Shown here: one piece after another, positions 9,336 to 17,914 of the stretch
Position numbering within the stretch: the stretch's first letter is position 1
How the letters are laid out: each line of letters begins with the position of its first letter
Origin: Candidatus Eiseniibacteriota bacterium
GTDB lineage: Bacteria; Eisenbacteria; RBG-16-71-46
Direction of reading: 5' to 3'
Length of the DNA stretch: 64,000 nucleotides
NCBI GenBank assembly: GCA_031364845.1
Contig: JANLWX010000019.1
Location: 3,508-67,507 of the forward strand
The notes under the pieces: generated by a model
Database searches by the model: none
What the model was told of the DNA's origin: nothing
Seen by the model: the letters and a program-made list of their open reading frames with translations, nothing else
Position numbers and translations under genes: made by a program

Positions 9336-10373
9336 TTATGTAGTCCCCGTGCGGCTCCCGTTGCCGTAGCGCCCCACCGCCAGTTCGACGATCTCGCCGA
9401 TGAGATCCGAGTACGAGCGCCCCGACTTTTCCGCCGCCATCGAGAACTCGGCAGACGGCAGCAGATAAGGATTCGGATTCACCTCGAGCACGTGCACCGT
9501 GCCGTCGGTCGCGACCCGGAAGTCGATGCGCCCGTAGTCGCGCAGCTCGAGTGACTGGAATGCTTGAATCGCCGTGTCCTTGAGCTTGGCAGTCAGTTCC
9601 TCGCTCAGGTTCTTGGGCAGGAACGCGTGCGTCTGCTCGTACGCAGCGGTGCCTTCTTCCCACTTCACTTCGGTGCCGGCGATCTTGGGCGTGCCCTTGG
9701 GCAGCTTCGACAGATCCAGCTCGACGACCGGGAGCGCTTCGGGGCGCTCGTTGCCCATCACGCCGACGTAGAACTCGCGTCCCTCGATGTACTCCTCGAT
9801 CAGCGCCGGCGTGTCGAACTGCTGATGGATGTAATCGATGCGCTCCATCAGCTCCTTGATCGATCCGCACACCGCGCCGAAATGGATTCCGATCGAGCCA
9901 TCTTCGCGCGCGGGCTTCACGATCACCGGAAATTGGATGTCGTGCGAGTGCTCGGTGCGTCCGCGCCACACGGTCGCGAAGTACGGCGTGTGAATGCCGT
10001 GGAAGGCGAAGATCTTCTTCGCGAGCGCCTTGTCCTGGGCGAGATAGAGGCCGTGCGCGCCGGTGCCGGTGTAGCGGCGGTTGAGCAACTCCATGTAGGC
10101 GGCGACGTTGGTGTCGTAACTGTCGTTGCCGCCGAACGACTCGACCAGATTGAAGATCAGGTCGGTCTCGGAGTTCGCGAGCTCGATCAGACTCTCCGCG
10201 GTGCCGTCGAGACGCACGAACACCGGGTTGTGCCCGTTCTTCTTGAGTGCCTCGTAGACTTCCTGGACGTCCTCGTCGGGCGACTGGCGCTTCGGCCGTG
10301 CCTTCTCGCCGTTGCGATCCTCGTCCTCGTTCCACCAGTAGTCGTAGAGCACGCCGATGCGGAGCTTGGCCAT
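9336..10373 (-). CDS. D-Ala-D-Ala-ligase-like ATP-grasp enzyme (non-canonical)
   Basis: Motifs LIFNLVE, RYTG, DKALAK, FPVIVKPAREDGSIGI, LIEEYIEGRE, YGRIDFR, VLEVNPNP. Lacks the Ddl N-terminal GGxSxE motif. Confidence 0.85.
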   Translation of the reverse strand: MAKLRIGVLYDYWWNEDEDRNGEKARPKRQSPDEDVQEVYEALKKNGHNPVFVRLDGTAESLIELANSETDLIFNLVESFGGNDSYDTNVAAYMELLNRRYTGTGAHGLYLAQDKALAKKIFAFHGIHTPYFATVWRGRTEHSHDIQFPVIVKPAREDGSIGIHFGAVCGSIKELMERIDYIHQQFDTPALIEEYIEGREFYVGVMGNERPEALPVVELDLSKLPKGTPKIAGTEVKWEEGTAAYEQTHAFLPKNLSEELTAKLKDTAIQAFQSLELRDYGRIDFRVATDGTVHVLEVNPNPYLLPSAEFSMAAEKSGRSYSDLIGEIVELAVGRYGNGSRTGTT

Positions 10374-10422
10374 TCCGCTTCCCTCCCCTGGGAACTCGCG
10401 GGCCCCTTCCGTGGGCCCCGGG

Positions 10423-11442
10423 TCAGCTCAGGACGAACCTGCCGCGTGTCAGATAGTTCATCGCCAGCGTGGTGCCGTACGCGGTCAACTCCACGAGGTA
10501 CGTGCCTTCCTTGCCTACTTCCGCCTGCAGATTCAGATCCCGGCACGTGCGGATGATGCGCTCGACCAGTGACCGCACCACCGGACGCTTCACACCGGTC
10601 CAATAGGTGATCTTGTCCGTCATCACGGCACGATGTTCTTCGAGCACATCCGCGGCCGGCCGGATGTTCTTTCGCCGCCTGCCGGGCAGCAGGAACAGAT
10701 CGGTCAGATCGGTTTCGAGCGCCACGTTCACGCCCGCGCCGTTCTGGCGGATCATCCGCTTGTAGAATTGTTCGACCGTCACCTTCATGTCTTCGACGGT
10801 GATGTCGAAGTCGCCGGTCGAAACGACGGGATCCTGATCACGCACCTTGCGCACGACGGCGTCAACATAACGCAGCTTACGCAGTGCTGGCCAGAGCTTG
10901 TATTTGTGACGCCAGTTCGATCGCGGCGTCATCCACACCGCGAACGTCTCGGCGAAGTCCTCGTCGGGATGCTTCTGCGCGTACCAACCCGCCATGTGCC
11001 GCACGTACTTGCGGCTGAACGGCAGCGGCCGGTAGTGATCGCGGTAGCGGCGATTGTAGGGGCCGAACAGCTTGCGCCATTCGGGAGTCGCGTACAGCCG
11101 ATAGGCATAGTTGAACGCGTGTCCCGCTTCGTGACGCAGGTACATCATGATCTCGCGCTCGTCCTCGAGATCGTTCATCTCGCGTTCGAGTCGCGCGAGT
11201 TTCGGATCGCCGAGATAGAACGGAATGCCGATCACCGGCTGCCCGTCGGGACATCCCCATTCATCCGACAGGTAGCACACCGGATGAAAGCGTCTCAGTC
11301 CTTTGCGGTCGAGTTCGCGATACAACTGATGCACGTAGCGCTCGACGGGCGAGCCTTCGAGCCGCAGCCCGAGCTGACTGATGCGCTTGCCGAGCAGCTC
11401 CTTGAAGTCGGGCTGGTTCTTTTCGAAGTCGAACATGGACAT
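10423..11442 (-). CDS. Putative zinc-binding metallopeptidase (HExxH)
   Basis: YLRHEAGHA zinc motif and YAQKHPDEDFAETFAVW; directly upstream of the ATP-grasp gene on the same strand. Confidence 0.85.
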   Translation of the reverse strand: MSMFDFEKNQPDFKELLGKRISQLGLRLEGSPVERYVHQLYRELDRKGLRRFHPVCYLSDEWGCPDGQPVIGIPFYLGDPKLARLEREMNDLEDEREIMMYLRHEAGHAFNYAYRLYATPEWRKLFGPYNRRYRDHYRPLPFSRKYVRHMAGWYAQKHPDEDFAETFAVWMTPRSNWRHKYKLWPALRKLRYVDAVVRKVRDQDPVVSTGDFDITVEDMKVTVEQFYKRMIRQNGAGVNVALETDLTDLFLLPGRRRKNIRPAADVLEEHRAVMTDKITYWTGVKRPVVRSLVERIIRTCRDLNLQAEVGKEGTYLVELTAYGTTLAMNYLTRGRFVLS

Positions 11443-11582
11443 GGTCGGGAGACGTCCTGCGAGTGGAAGAAGAGTGGGCTGAGGATGCTACGGGGCCGCT
11501 GCCGCGGGCACAAGCCCGGCGTGTGAATTCAGTGTGCGGGGCGCGGTTTGTCGGCCGGTGGCGCGACCGGTAACCTCCGGCA

Positions 11583-12320
11583 ATGACCTCCCGCCCGCTG
11601 CTCGCCCTGATCCTCGCCCTCGCGGCGGGCTTTGCGCTGCCTCCTCGGGGGGCGAGCGCCCGCGTGATGCTCGACTCCCTCCCACCCGACTCGGTCCGGG
11701 CCGCGGCGCCCGATTCCGCGGCGGACCCGCCGGCCGCAACACCCCGGGTCCGGCCGCGCTCGATGACGCCGACCTGAAGCGGCTGACCCGGCGAAGGCGC
11801 GCCGCTCCGTGGGGGCGGCCTCGACACTCCGCGCACGCTGTCGTTGCGCTGGATCGACACCGACCTCGAGCGCCCGCGCTGGCGGGCAACGGCGAGCGTG
11901 CGGGTGGTTCCCACGCTCCAGCTGGGTGTGGAGTGGAACCCGGTGGCCGAGGAGGTGGGCCCGATCGCGACCTGGTTCCTCTCGACCGAGACCGACCGGC
12001 GACCGGCCGTGTTCGTCGGGACCAGTTCCGACCGGATCGGCTCCCCGCCGCACACGCAGTCCTATTACCTGACGGTTGCCAAGAGCTTCGTCACGGTTCC
12101 GGTCGCGCCCTACGCCACGCTCAACTGGTCCGAATGGGACGACGCCATCAACGTTCCGTTCGGCATGCACGTCAGGCTTGGCTCAAACTTGTCACTGCAA
12201 CCGATGTACGACGGCCACCGCTCGCATATCCTTGGTACTTGGTCGAACAGCCGCGTGAGCGCGACGGTGATCTGGGCATGGTTCGAGACCATCGGATTCG
12301 CGGGTTCTGTCGGATTCTGA
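11583..12320 (+). CDS. Putative selenoprotein: outer-membrane beta-barrel with N-terminal U-x-x-U motif (two in-frame TGA at 11775 and 11784; 245 aa)
   Basis: Track ORFs 11583..11777 and 11844..12320 share one frame. Reading TGA as Sec gives signal peptide MTSRPLLALILALAAGFALPPRGASA, a Pro/Ala linker, MTPT-U65-SG-U68-PGEG, then about 12 amphipathic beta-strands ending in GFAGSVGF (terminal Phe). A SECIS-like hairpin follows the TGAs. Confidence 0.75.
11792..11823 (+). promoter_or_regulatory. Candidate bacterial SECIS element
   Basis: Upper stem gccgctcc(11801-08)/ggggcggc(11812-19) with apical loop GUG; lower stem cga/tcg. The loop starts 22 nt after the second UGA and 31 nt after the first. 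Confidence 0.65.
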
Positions 12321-12333
12321 GCGAGGAGACACG

Positions 12334-13029
12334 ATGAAGCGGTGGCTCGTGATGGCAGTGGCATTGGGCACTCTGGGGTTGGCGCCGGCCACGGTTCACG
12401 CCGGGAGCCCCGGGCTCACGGTGACCGTGGACGACGCGCCCAAGCGCGCGGTGTGCCTCGTGTGCCGCGTGAAAGAAGGCTCGACGCACGAAGAGCCTGT
12501 AAAGGCCGTCCGCATCCGCGACGGAAAGACCTATGCCTTCTGCCAGCAGGCCTGCGCCGAGGCGTTCGACGCCGATCCCGCCGCCTACCTGCCGCCCTCG
12601 CTTCCGCGCCCCGCGCCCGCCGTCAAAGCCGCGGACCTCAAAGGCACCGCGCTCGATTGGGAGCAGTACCGCGGGAAGATCGTCCTCATCGACTTCTGGG
12701 CGACCTGGTGCGCGCCGTGCCGCAAGTCGATGCCCGAGCTTCAGAAGCTGCACGACCAGTATTCGAGGGAAGGCTTCACGGTGCTCGGCCTGTCGATCGA
12801 CGAAGGCGGCCCGGCCAAGGTGAAGAAGTTCATGGCGGCAAAAAAGTACACCTATCCCATTGCGCTCGACTCCGAGAAGACCCCGACCTGGGAAGCCTAC
12901 GGAGTGAAGGGCATCCCTTCGGCGTACCTCGTGAATCGCGACGGGAAGGTCGTCGCCGAGTGGCGCGGTGCCGTCGATCCGGCGCAGATCGAAGCCGAGT
13001 TGAAGAAGCTGCTGGCCGAGGTGAACTGA
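12334..13029 (+). CDS. Periplasmic YHS/TRASH domain + TlpA-family thioredoxin fusion
   Basis: GAGGAG RBS 13 nt after the previous stop; signal peptide; CLVC...GKTYAFCQQACAEAFDADPAAY (YHS); VLIDFWATWCAPC...YGVKGIPSAYLVNRDG (TlpA). Confidence 0.9.
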   Translation: MKRWLVMAVALGTLGLAPATVHAGSPGLTVTVDDAPKRAVCLVCRVKEGSTHEEPVKAVRIRDGKTYAFCQQACAEAFDADPAAYLPPSLPRPAPAVKAADLKGTALDWEQYRGKIVLIDFWATWCAPCRKSMPELQKLHDQYSREGFTVLGLSIDEGGPAKVKKFMAAKKYTYPIALDSEKTPTWEAYGVKGIPSAYLVNRDGKVVAEWRGAVDPAQIEAELKKLLAEVN

Positions 13030-13213
13030 CCCAGCCGGTCAAGTTGTCGCAAAGAACCGCTCCCCGAATGAACTTGCGTGGTATAACACACATCTACATC
13101 CACGCAGCGCTTGGAGAGGCTGCAAACCCGTCGGGACTCCCCTCCCGCCGCCGATTTCATGACCGGCTCGCAGATGCGGACCGGCGTTCTACTCAGCCAA
13201 GGAGCGTTCGCCC

Positions 13214-13870
13214 ATGATTCGCACGATTCGCGCGTCGGTACTCACGATTTCGGCCATCGCACTTGCCGCCGCTGCGGCGACCGCGGCGCCGGTCGCCTAT
13301 AAGATCGACAAGTCCCACTCCGATGTCGGCTTCAAGGTTCGTCACTTCTTCTCGAAGACCCCGGGACGCTTCAGCGACTTCTCGGGCATGATCAATCTCG
13401 ACGAGAAGAACCCGTCGGCCTCGTCGGTCGATGTGACGATCCAGACCGCCAGCATCCAGACCAACAACGAACGCCGCGACAATCACCTGCGCAGCGACGA
13501 CTTCTTCAACGCCGAGAAGTTTCCGACGATCACGTTCAAGAGCACGAAGATCACCCCCGTCGAGGGCAACAAGTTCAAGGTCGACGGCGATCTCACGATC
13601 CGTGACGTCACGAAGCCGGTGACGCTCGACGCGGAACTGGTCGGCATGGGCGCTGTGGGACAGTCGGGCACGCGCGCGGGATTCCAGGCGACCACCTCGG
13701 TCAATCGCAAGGACTACGGCGTGCTGTGGAACAAGACGCTCGACAACGGCGGCACGATGCTCGACGACATCGTCTACATCAATCTCGACGTCGAAGCGGT
13801 GAAGGACGAGCCGAAGAAGGATGCGCCTCCGGCAGCTCCGAAGGACGAGAAGACGACGGACAAGAAGTAA
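13214..13870 (+). CDS. yceI: YceI-family periplasmic protein
   Basis: Signal peptide; YKIDKSHSDVGFKVRH, RRDNHLRSDDFF, FPTITFKST, GDLTIRDVTKPV. Confidence 0.92.
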   Translation: MIRTIRASVLTISAIALAAAAATAAPVAYKIDKSHSDVGFKVRHFFSKTPGRFSDFSGMINLDEKNPSASSVDVTIQTASIQTNNERRDNHLRSDDFFNAEKFPTITFKSTKITPVEGNKFKVDGDLTIRDVTKPVTLDAELVGMGAVGQSGTRAGFQATTSVNRKDYGVLWNKTLDNGGTMLDDIVYINLDVEAVKDEPKKDAPPAAPKDEKTTDKK

Positions 13871-13910
13871 CCGTCGGACCCAGGGCGGCATTCGCCGCCG
13901 GATACACGAA

Positions 13911-13952
13911 CGCCCTGCCGATCTCGGACGATCGGCAGGGCGATTCTGTTTT
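13911..13952. terminator. Terminator hairpin between convergent yceI and TPR genes
   Basis: cgccctgccgatc-tcggac-gatcggcagggcg (13-bp perfect stem) followed by attctgtttt. Confidence 0.75.
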
Positions 13953-13969
13953 GGCGTGCAGCGTTTGCT

Positions 13970-14605
13970 TCAGGGTTTCGAAGCGGCCGAATCCGCGGCC
14001 GCGGGCACCGCGGTTGCGCCCGCTTCGGTCGCCGCCGCCGGCACCGGCGTCTCGGCCGGATTCGCTGCGCGCCAGGTTTCGATCGCGGCCAGCAGCTCCG
14101 CCGCTTCGCCGGTCGCCTTCAGCCGCTCGAGAATCGCGTGCTGCTCGAGTGCCTTGTCGAGCTGCTTCATCTCGAGATAGGTCTCGCCGAGATACTCACG
14201 CGCCGGAGCGTAGTCGAAGCGCAGCCCCAGGCACTTCTTATAGGCCGCGACCGCATCGTCGTGCTTGCCGAGCCGGCGTGAGGCGTAGCCGACGAGGTTC
14301 CACGCCTCGTGATAGGACGAATCCGTCTCGACCGCTCGCTCCGCACGTTCGAGCGCCTTGCGATAGCGCTTCTCGGCGTTCTTGTCCTTCTTCTCGGCCG
14401 CGTCCTTCTTGGCCCGGGCGATCTCGTTGTAGGCGTCGCCATAGTCGCGTTCGGCCAGCTGGCGAGGCGTCATCGTCGCGGCGGAGGTGGCCGCCGAACC
14501 CGTCGGCTGTTTCGGCTCGGGCGAAGTGGAGCCTCCCATGTTCGCGAGCGCGGGAGCCGCGAGAACGAGTGTGGCCACCACGGCAACAACTTGCTTCGAT
14601 CGCAT
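13970..14605 (-). CDS. Secreted tetratricopeptide-repeat protein
   Basis: GAGAGG RBS; signal peptide MRSKQVVAVVATLVLAAPALA; TPR motifs AWNLVGYASRRLG and AREYLGETYL. Confidence 0.85.
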   Translation of the reverse strand: MRSKQVVAVVATLVLAAPALANMGGSTSPEPKQPTGSAATSAATMTPRQLAERDYGDAYNEIARAKKDAAEKKDKNAEKRYRKALERAERAVETDSSYHEAWNLVGYASRRLGKHDDAVAAYKKCLGLRFDYAPAREYLGETYLEMKQLDKALEQHAILERLKATGEAAELLAAIETWRAANPAETPVPAAATEAGATAVPAAADSAASKP

Positions 14606-14753
14606 GTCGAACCTCTCGAATGATGATGGCGTTTCCAGGTCGGATTTCGGCCGGGGCGGCCGCCCGGTCTTTCGCGGAGCGGACCTGCGAACCCGCGCAC
14701 GATCCGCGAGATCAGGTGCCCAGTGCCATGCGGCATGATAGCCTATCTGCCGC

Positions 14754-16001
14754 ATGAATCCTCTCCGCATCGCATCGTCGGTCCTGCTCGGAGCGCTGCT
14801 CCTCGGCTCTGCGTCGTGTTCGCAAAGGTCCCCGTTGTCGCCGCCTGTTCAGGCCGCGCGGGCCACGTCAGCCGCCACGGTGGGTGTCACGTTTTACGTC
14901 GCGGCTCCCTCAAACACCCCGGCCGGAGACTCGGTCTTCATCGCCGGCGACTTCCAGGGATGGAACCCGCGCAACCCCGCCTACGCGCTGACGAAGCAGC
15001 TCAACGGGCGCTGGACCATCACGCTCCCGTTGCCCGCCGGATCTCCGATCCAGTTCAAGTTCACGCGCGGCGGCTGGGACCGGGTGGAAAAAGGTCCGAA
15101 CGGAGAAGAGATCTCGAACCGCACCCTCACGCCCGACGGTGTGAGCACCTACGACTTCACGGTCGCGCGCTGGGCCGACACCGGAAGCCCGGGAACCATC
15201 GTGGGTCACGTCGAGTCGTTCACCTACGTCGCGTTCCTCGGCGGCCGGAGGATCTGGGTCTACCTGCCGCCCGATTATGCGAGCAGCACCAAGCACTACC
15301 CGGTGCTCTACATGCACGACGGCCAGAACCTGTTCGACGTGCGCACCAGTTTCTCCGGCGAATGGCAGGTCGACGAAGCGTGCGAGCAGCTGATCGCTTC
15401 GGGCGAGATCAATCCGGTGATCGTGATCGGCATCGAGAACGGCGGCGCCAACCGGATCAACGAATACACGCCGTGGCCCTCGGCCGGATACGGAGGTGGC
15501 GGGGGCAACGCGTATCTCACCGCGATCCGCGACCTGCTCAAGCCCGAAGTCGATCGCCGCTATCGCACGCTGGTCGGCGAGAGCAACACGTTCATGGCGG
15601 GCTCGTCGCTCGGCGGACTGATCAGCGCCTACGCCGGCTACCAGTACTCCGGAACGTTCCGCCGTGTGGCGTGTGTATCGCCGTCGCTGTGGTGGGACAA
15701 CCGCCACATGATCGCCGACGCTGCAGCGCAGGGCCGCCCTGACATCGCGCGCTGGTATCAGGACATGGGCACGCTCGAAAGCGGCACGATGCAGGATTCA
15801 AATGGCAACGGCGTCGATGATTCGATCGACGAACTGCGCGCGATGCGTGACGTGCTGATCGGGCAGGGACTCGAAGTGAACGTCGATCTCAAGTCGCTCG
15901 AAGCCGCGGGCCACCGCCACAACGAGAGCTACTGGGCGCAGCGCGTGCCCGCGATGCTGAGGTTCCTGGTCGGAAGATCGATTACCGCCAGCGTCCCTTA
16001 G
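14754..16001 (+). CDS. CBM20-like domain + alpha/beta hydrolase (putative esterase), probable lipoprotein
   Basis: Signal with SASC; SVFIAGDFQGWNP...IQFKFTRGGW (CBM20-like); YPVLYMHDGQNLF, GSSLGG nucleophile elbow, GHRHNE. Confidence 0.85.
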   Translation: MNPLRIASSVLLGALLLGSASCSQRSPLSPPVQAARATSAATVGVTFYVAAPSNTPAGDSVFIAGDFQGWNPRNPAYALTKQLNGRWTITLPLPAGSPIQFKFTRGGWDRVEKGPNGEEISNRTLTPDGVSTYDFTVARWADTGSPGTIVGHVESFTYVAFLGGRRIWVYLPPDYASSTKHYPVLYMHDGQNLFDVRTSFSGEWQVDEACEQLIASGEINPVIVIGIENGGANRINEYTPWPSAGYGGGGGNAYLTAIRDLLKPEVDRRYRTLVGESNTFMAGSSLGGLISAYAGYQYSGTFRRVACVSPSLWWDNRHMIADAAAQGRPDIARWYQDMGTLESGTMQDSNGNGVDDSIDELRAMRDVLIGQGLEVNVDLKSLEAAGHRHNESYWAQRVPAMLRFLVGRSITASVP

Positions 16002-16008
16002 TTTTGCC

Positions 16009-16863
16009 TCACAGCCCGTCGTACTTGGAGTACCCGCGTTCGTTCCAGTAATCGCGCGGTTCGCTCGCCGTGTACTCGATGTGCGTCAGCGCCTTGATGT
16101 TCTTGAGGCCAAGCTTGACCGGCGCCAGCAGCCGCAGCGGCGCGCCGTGTGCGAGCGTCAACGGATGTCCGCCCTGATGCGTGGCGAGCAGCGTCTGCGG
16201 ATGGCGCGCGGTCTCGAGATCGATCGAGACGAAGTACTCCTCGGGCCGTCCCCTTCCATCGAGACTGACCGCCGAGCGCATCGACGCCCATCGCGCGCCG
16301 GCCGCGGGCGGATACGCGTGGAGGAAGTCGGCGAAGCGGATCCCACCCCACCACGCGATCGCGCTCCATCCTTCGACGCACACGAGCCGCGTGACCTGGC
16401 CATGCAGCGGGAAGCGCTGGAGCAGATCGTCCACCGAGAATTGCATCGCGGTACCGGTCGCGAGCCCCGACACGTTCAACGACCACGCGGCGAGCATCTC
16501 GGGGCCGGGCGTGCGTCCGTGGTAGTTGTTCGGGAGCTTCGTGACTTCGGAGCGATCGTAGGTGCGCACGCGGCGATTCTTGGAGTACAGCGCCTCGGAG
16601 ACGTCGTCGTCGAACGTGAGCGCGCGATCGAGCACCGCCTCGCGGCGCCCAGCCGTCAGCCCGACCCGCGCCGCCAGCGTGTCGAGGCGCCCGCGCAGCA
16701 TGCCCGGCACGAAGCGCGCCTTGTGGCGATCGGGCAACAGCCACCACGCGGCGGTGGCGCTCGCGACCGTGCCGAGTGCCAGCAGCAGGAAGTCGCGCCG
16801 CGACTGCGCGACAAGTTTTCGACGCGGGACTTCGACTATCGGAGACTCGCGATCGTCATTCAT
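16009..16863 (-). CDS. Molybdopterin-dependent oxidoreductase (MsrP/YedY, sulfite-oxidase fold)
   Basis: Twin-Arg motif SRRDFLL; RLVCVEGWS Mo-ligand Cys; HGAPLRLLAPVKLGLKNIK; YWNERGY. Confidence 0.9.
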   Translation of the reverse strand: MNDDRESPIVEVPRRKLVAQSRRDFLLLALGTVASATAAWWLLPDRHKARFVPGMLRGRLDTLAARVGLTAGRREAVLDRALTFDDDVSEALYSKNRRVRTYDRSEVTKLPNNYHGRTPGPEMLAAWSLNVSGLATGTAMQFSVDDLLQRFPLHGQVTRLVCVEGWSAIAWWGGIRFADFLHAYPPAAGARWASMRSAVSLDGRGRPEEYFVSIDLETARHPQTLLATHQGGHPLTLAHGAPLRLLAPVKLGLKNIKALTHIEYTASEPRDYWNERGYSKYDGL

Positions 16864-17647
16864 GCGGATCTCCTTTCACACGCCTCGACCATCCGACCAC
16901 CATCGAGCGGAACGTGTCCCAGCCATCGGCGATCACGAGGATCACGTGGGGCACGACGAACGACGCGAGCACGAGCATGCACACGAAGTGAACGACGCGC
17001 GCGCCGTCGTAGTTCACGAACAAACGCTCGAGCCATCCGAGCTGGACGGGCTTGTGCATCGCCCACCCCGACAGCACCGCGAGTGCCCCGGCGAGCGGAA
17101 TCGAGAAGTACGCGGCGCGCTGGAGTGCGTTGTACTTGCCGTGCACGGGCGGATGGGGCCATGGTCGCCTCGAGATCGCCATCGGAATCACACCCGCGTA
17201 GAAGCGCAGCATCGCCATGGCGCCGGCGACGTCGGATGGCCGCGGCATCAGCGCGCGCCAGCCGCCACCGACCACGAGCCCCGCGACATAGACCAGCCCG
17301 TTCAGCATGAACAGATAGGCGAGCGCCCAGTGAAGCCGCAGCGCATTCGCGAGACGGCCGCCGCCGATGCCGAAGTGGTCGTAGATCCACATGCGCGGAT
17401 CGCCATCGCTGCGGAGAGCGCCCGCGATCGCGCGGCCCAGGTCGACGAGATAATCGCGGCTCCCGGTCACGGGATCGCGGGCGTGAGTGAATACCGGAGC
17501 TGCCCAGTAGATCGACAGGCCGGTCGCGATCAGGCCGAACAGCAGCGGCAGGTTGATCCAGTGGGACAGGCGAACGAGCGCGTGGTGCTTGCGCACGACA
17601 CGGACGCGATCACGGGCATGGACAGCGGCGGCGGCACGAACGGCCAT
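16856..17647 (-). CDS. Cytochrome b/b6-domain membrane protein, partner of the Mo enzyme
   Basis: HHALVRLSHWIN, LRLHW, KYNALQRAAY, ARVVHF and VVPHV heme His residues; overlaps the next gene; GGAGA RBS. Confidence 0.9.
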   Translation of the reverse strand: MAVRAAAAVHARDRVRVVRKHHALVRLSHWINLPLLFGLIATGLSIYWAAPVFTHARDPVTGSRDYLVDLGRAIAGALRSDGDPRMWIYDHFGIGGGRLANALRLHWALAYLFMLNGLVYVAGLVVGGGWRALMPRPSDVAGAMAMLRFYAGVIPMAISRRPWPHPPVHGKYNALQRAAYFSIPLAGALAVLSGWAMHKPVQLGWLERLFVNYDGARVVHFVCMLVLASFVVPHVILVIADGWDTFRSMVVGWSRRVKGDPHE

Positions 17648-17849
17648 TCGTCGGTCTCCGGATGGATGAGCAACGCGGGCGGAACAATGCTCCTACGCGA
17701 ACGGGTGCGCAAAGTGACCCGCACGAGCGTTGAAATCGCCGGGACCGCGATCCGCCGCGCTCGTGGCCGCTTGACCGTTACCTGAAACGATCCCGACCGC
17801 TCAGGTGGTCTGATCGGTCACGACGGTAGCGGCGGGTGCGAACGGCGGC

Positions 17850-17874
17850 GCAACCTTCGAAGCATCCACGCGTA
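17850..17874 (+). promoter_or_regulatory. Possible ECF-sigma promoter upstream of the STAS gene
   Basis: GCAAC-N16-CGTA, about 40 nt upstream of ATG 17915. Confidence 0.3.
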
Positions 17875-17914
17875 TCAAGACCATCCGCGAAGGCCGAAGA
17901 AAGGAACCCGAACG

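Noticed and set aside
9336-10373. Annotation as housekeeping ddl or van-type ligase
   Set aside because: Lacks the Ddl N-terminal motif and has no cell-wall or van gene context.
11775-11786. UGA reassigned genome-wide (Trp/Gly) as the explanation for the two TGAs
   Set aside because: TGA is used as a true stop in many genes here (GSDH, DUF4331 copy 1, kdpF, kdpA, pilT), so any read-through must be context-specific.
11534-12337. 267-aa ORF overlapping the selenoprotein candidate (or a frameshift at the G5 run, 11811-11815)
   Set aside because: It is Arg/Pro/Gly-rich with no signal peptide or domain. The signal peptide and barrel already share one frame, so no indel is needed.
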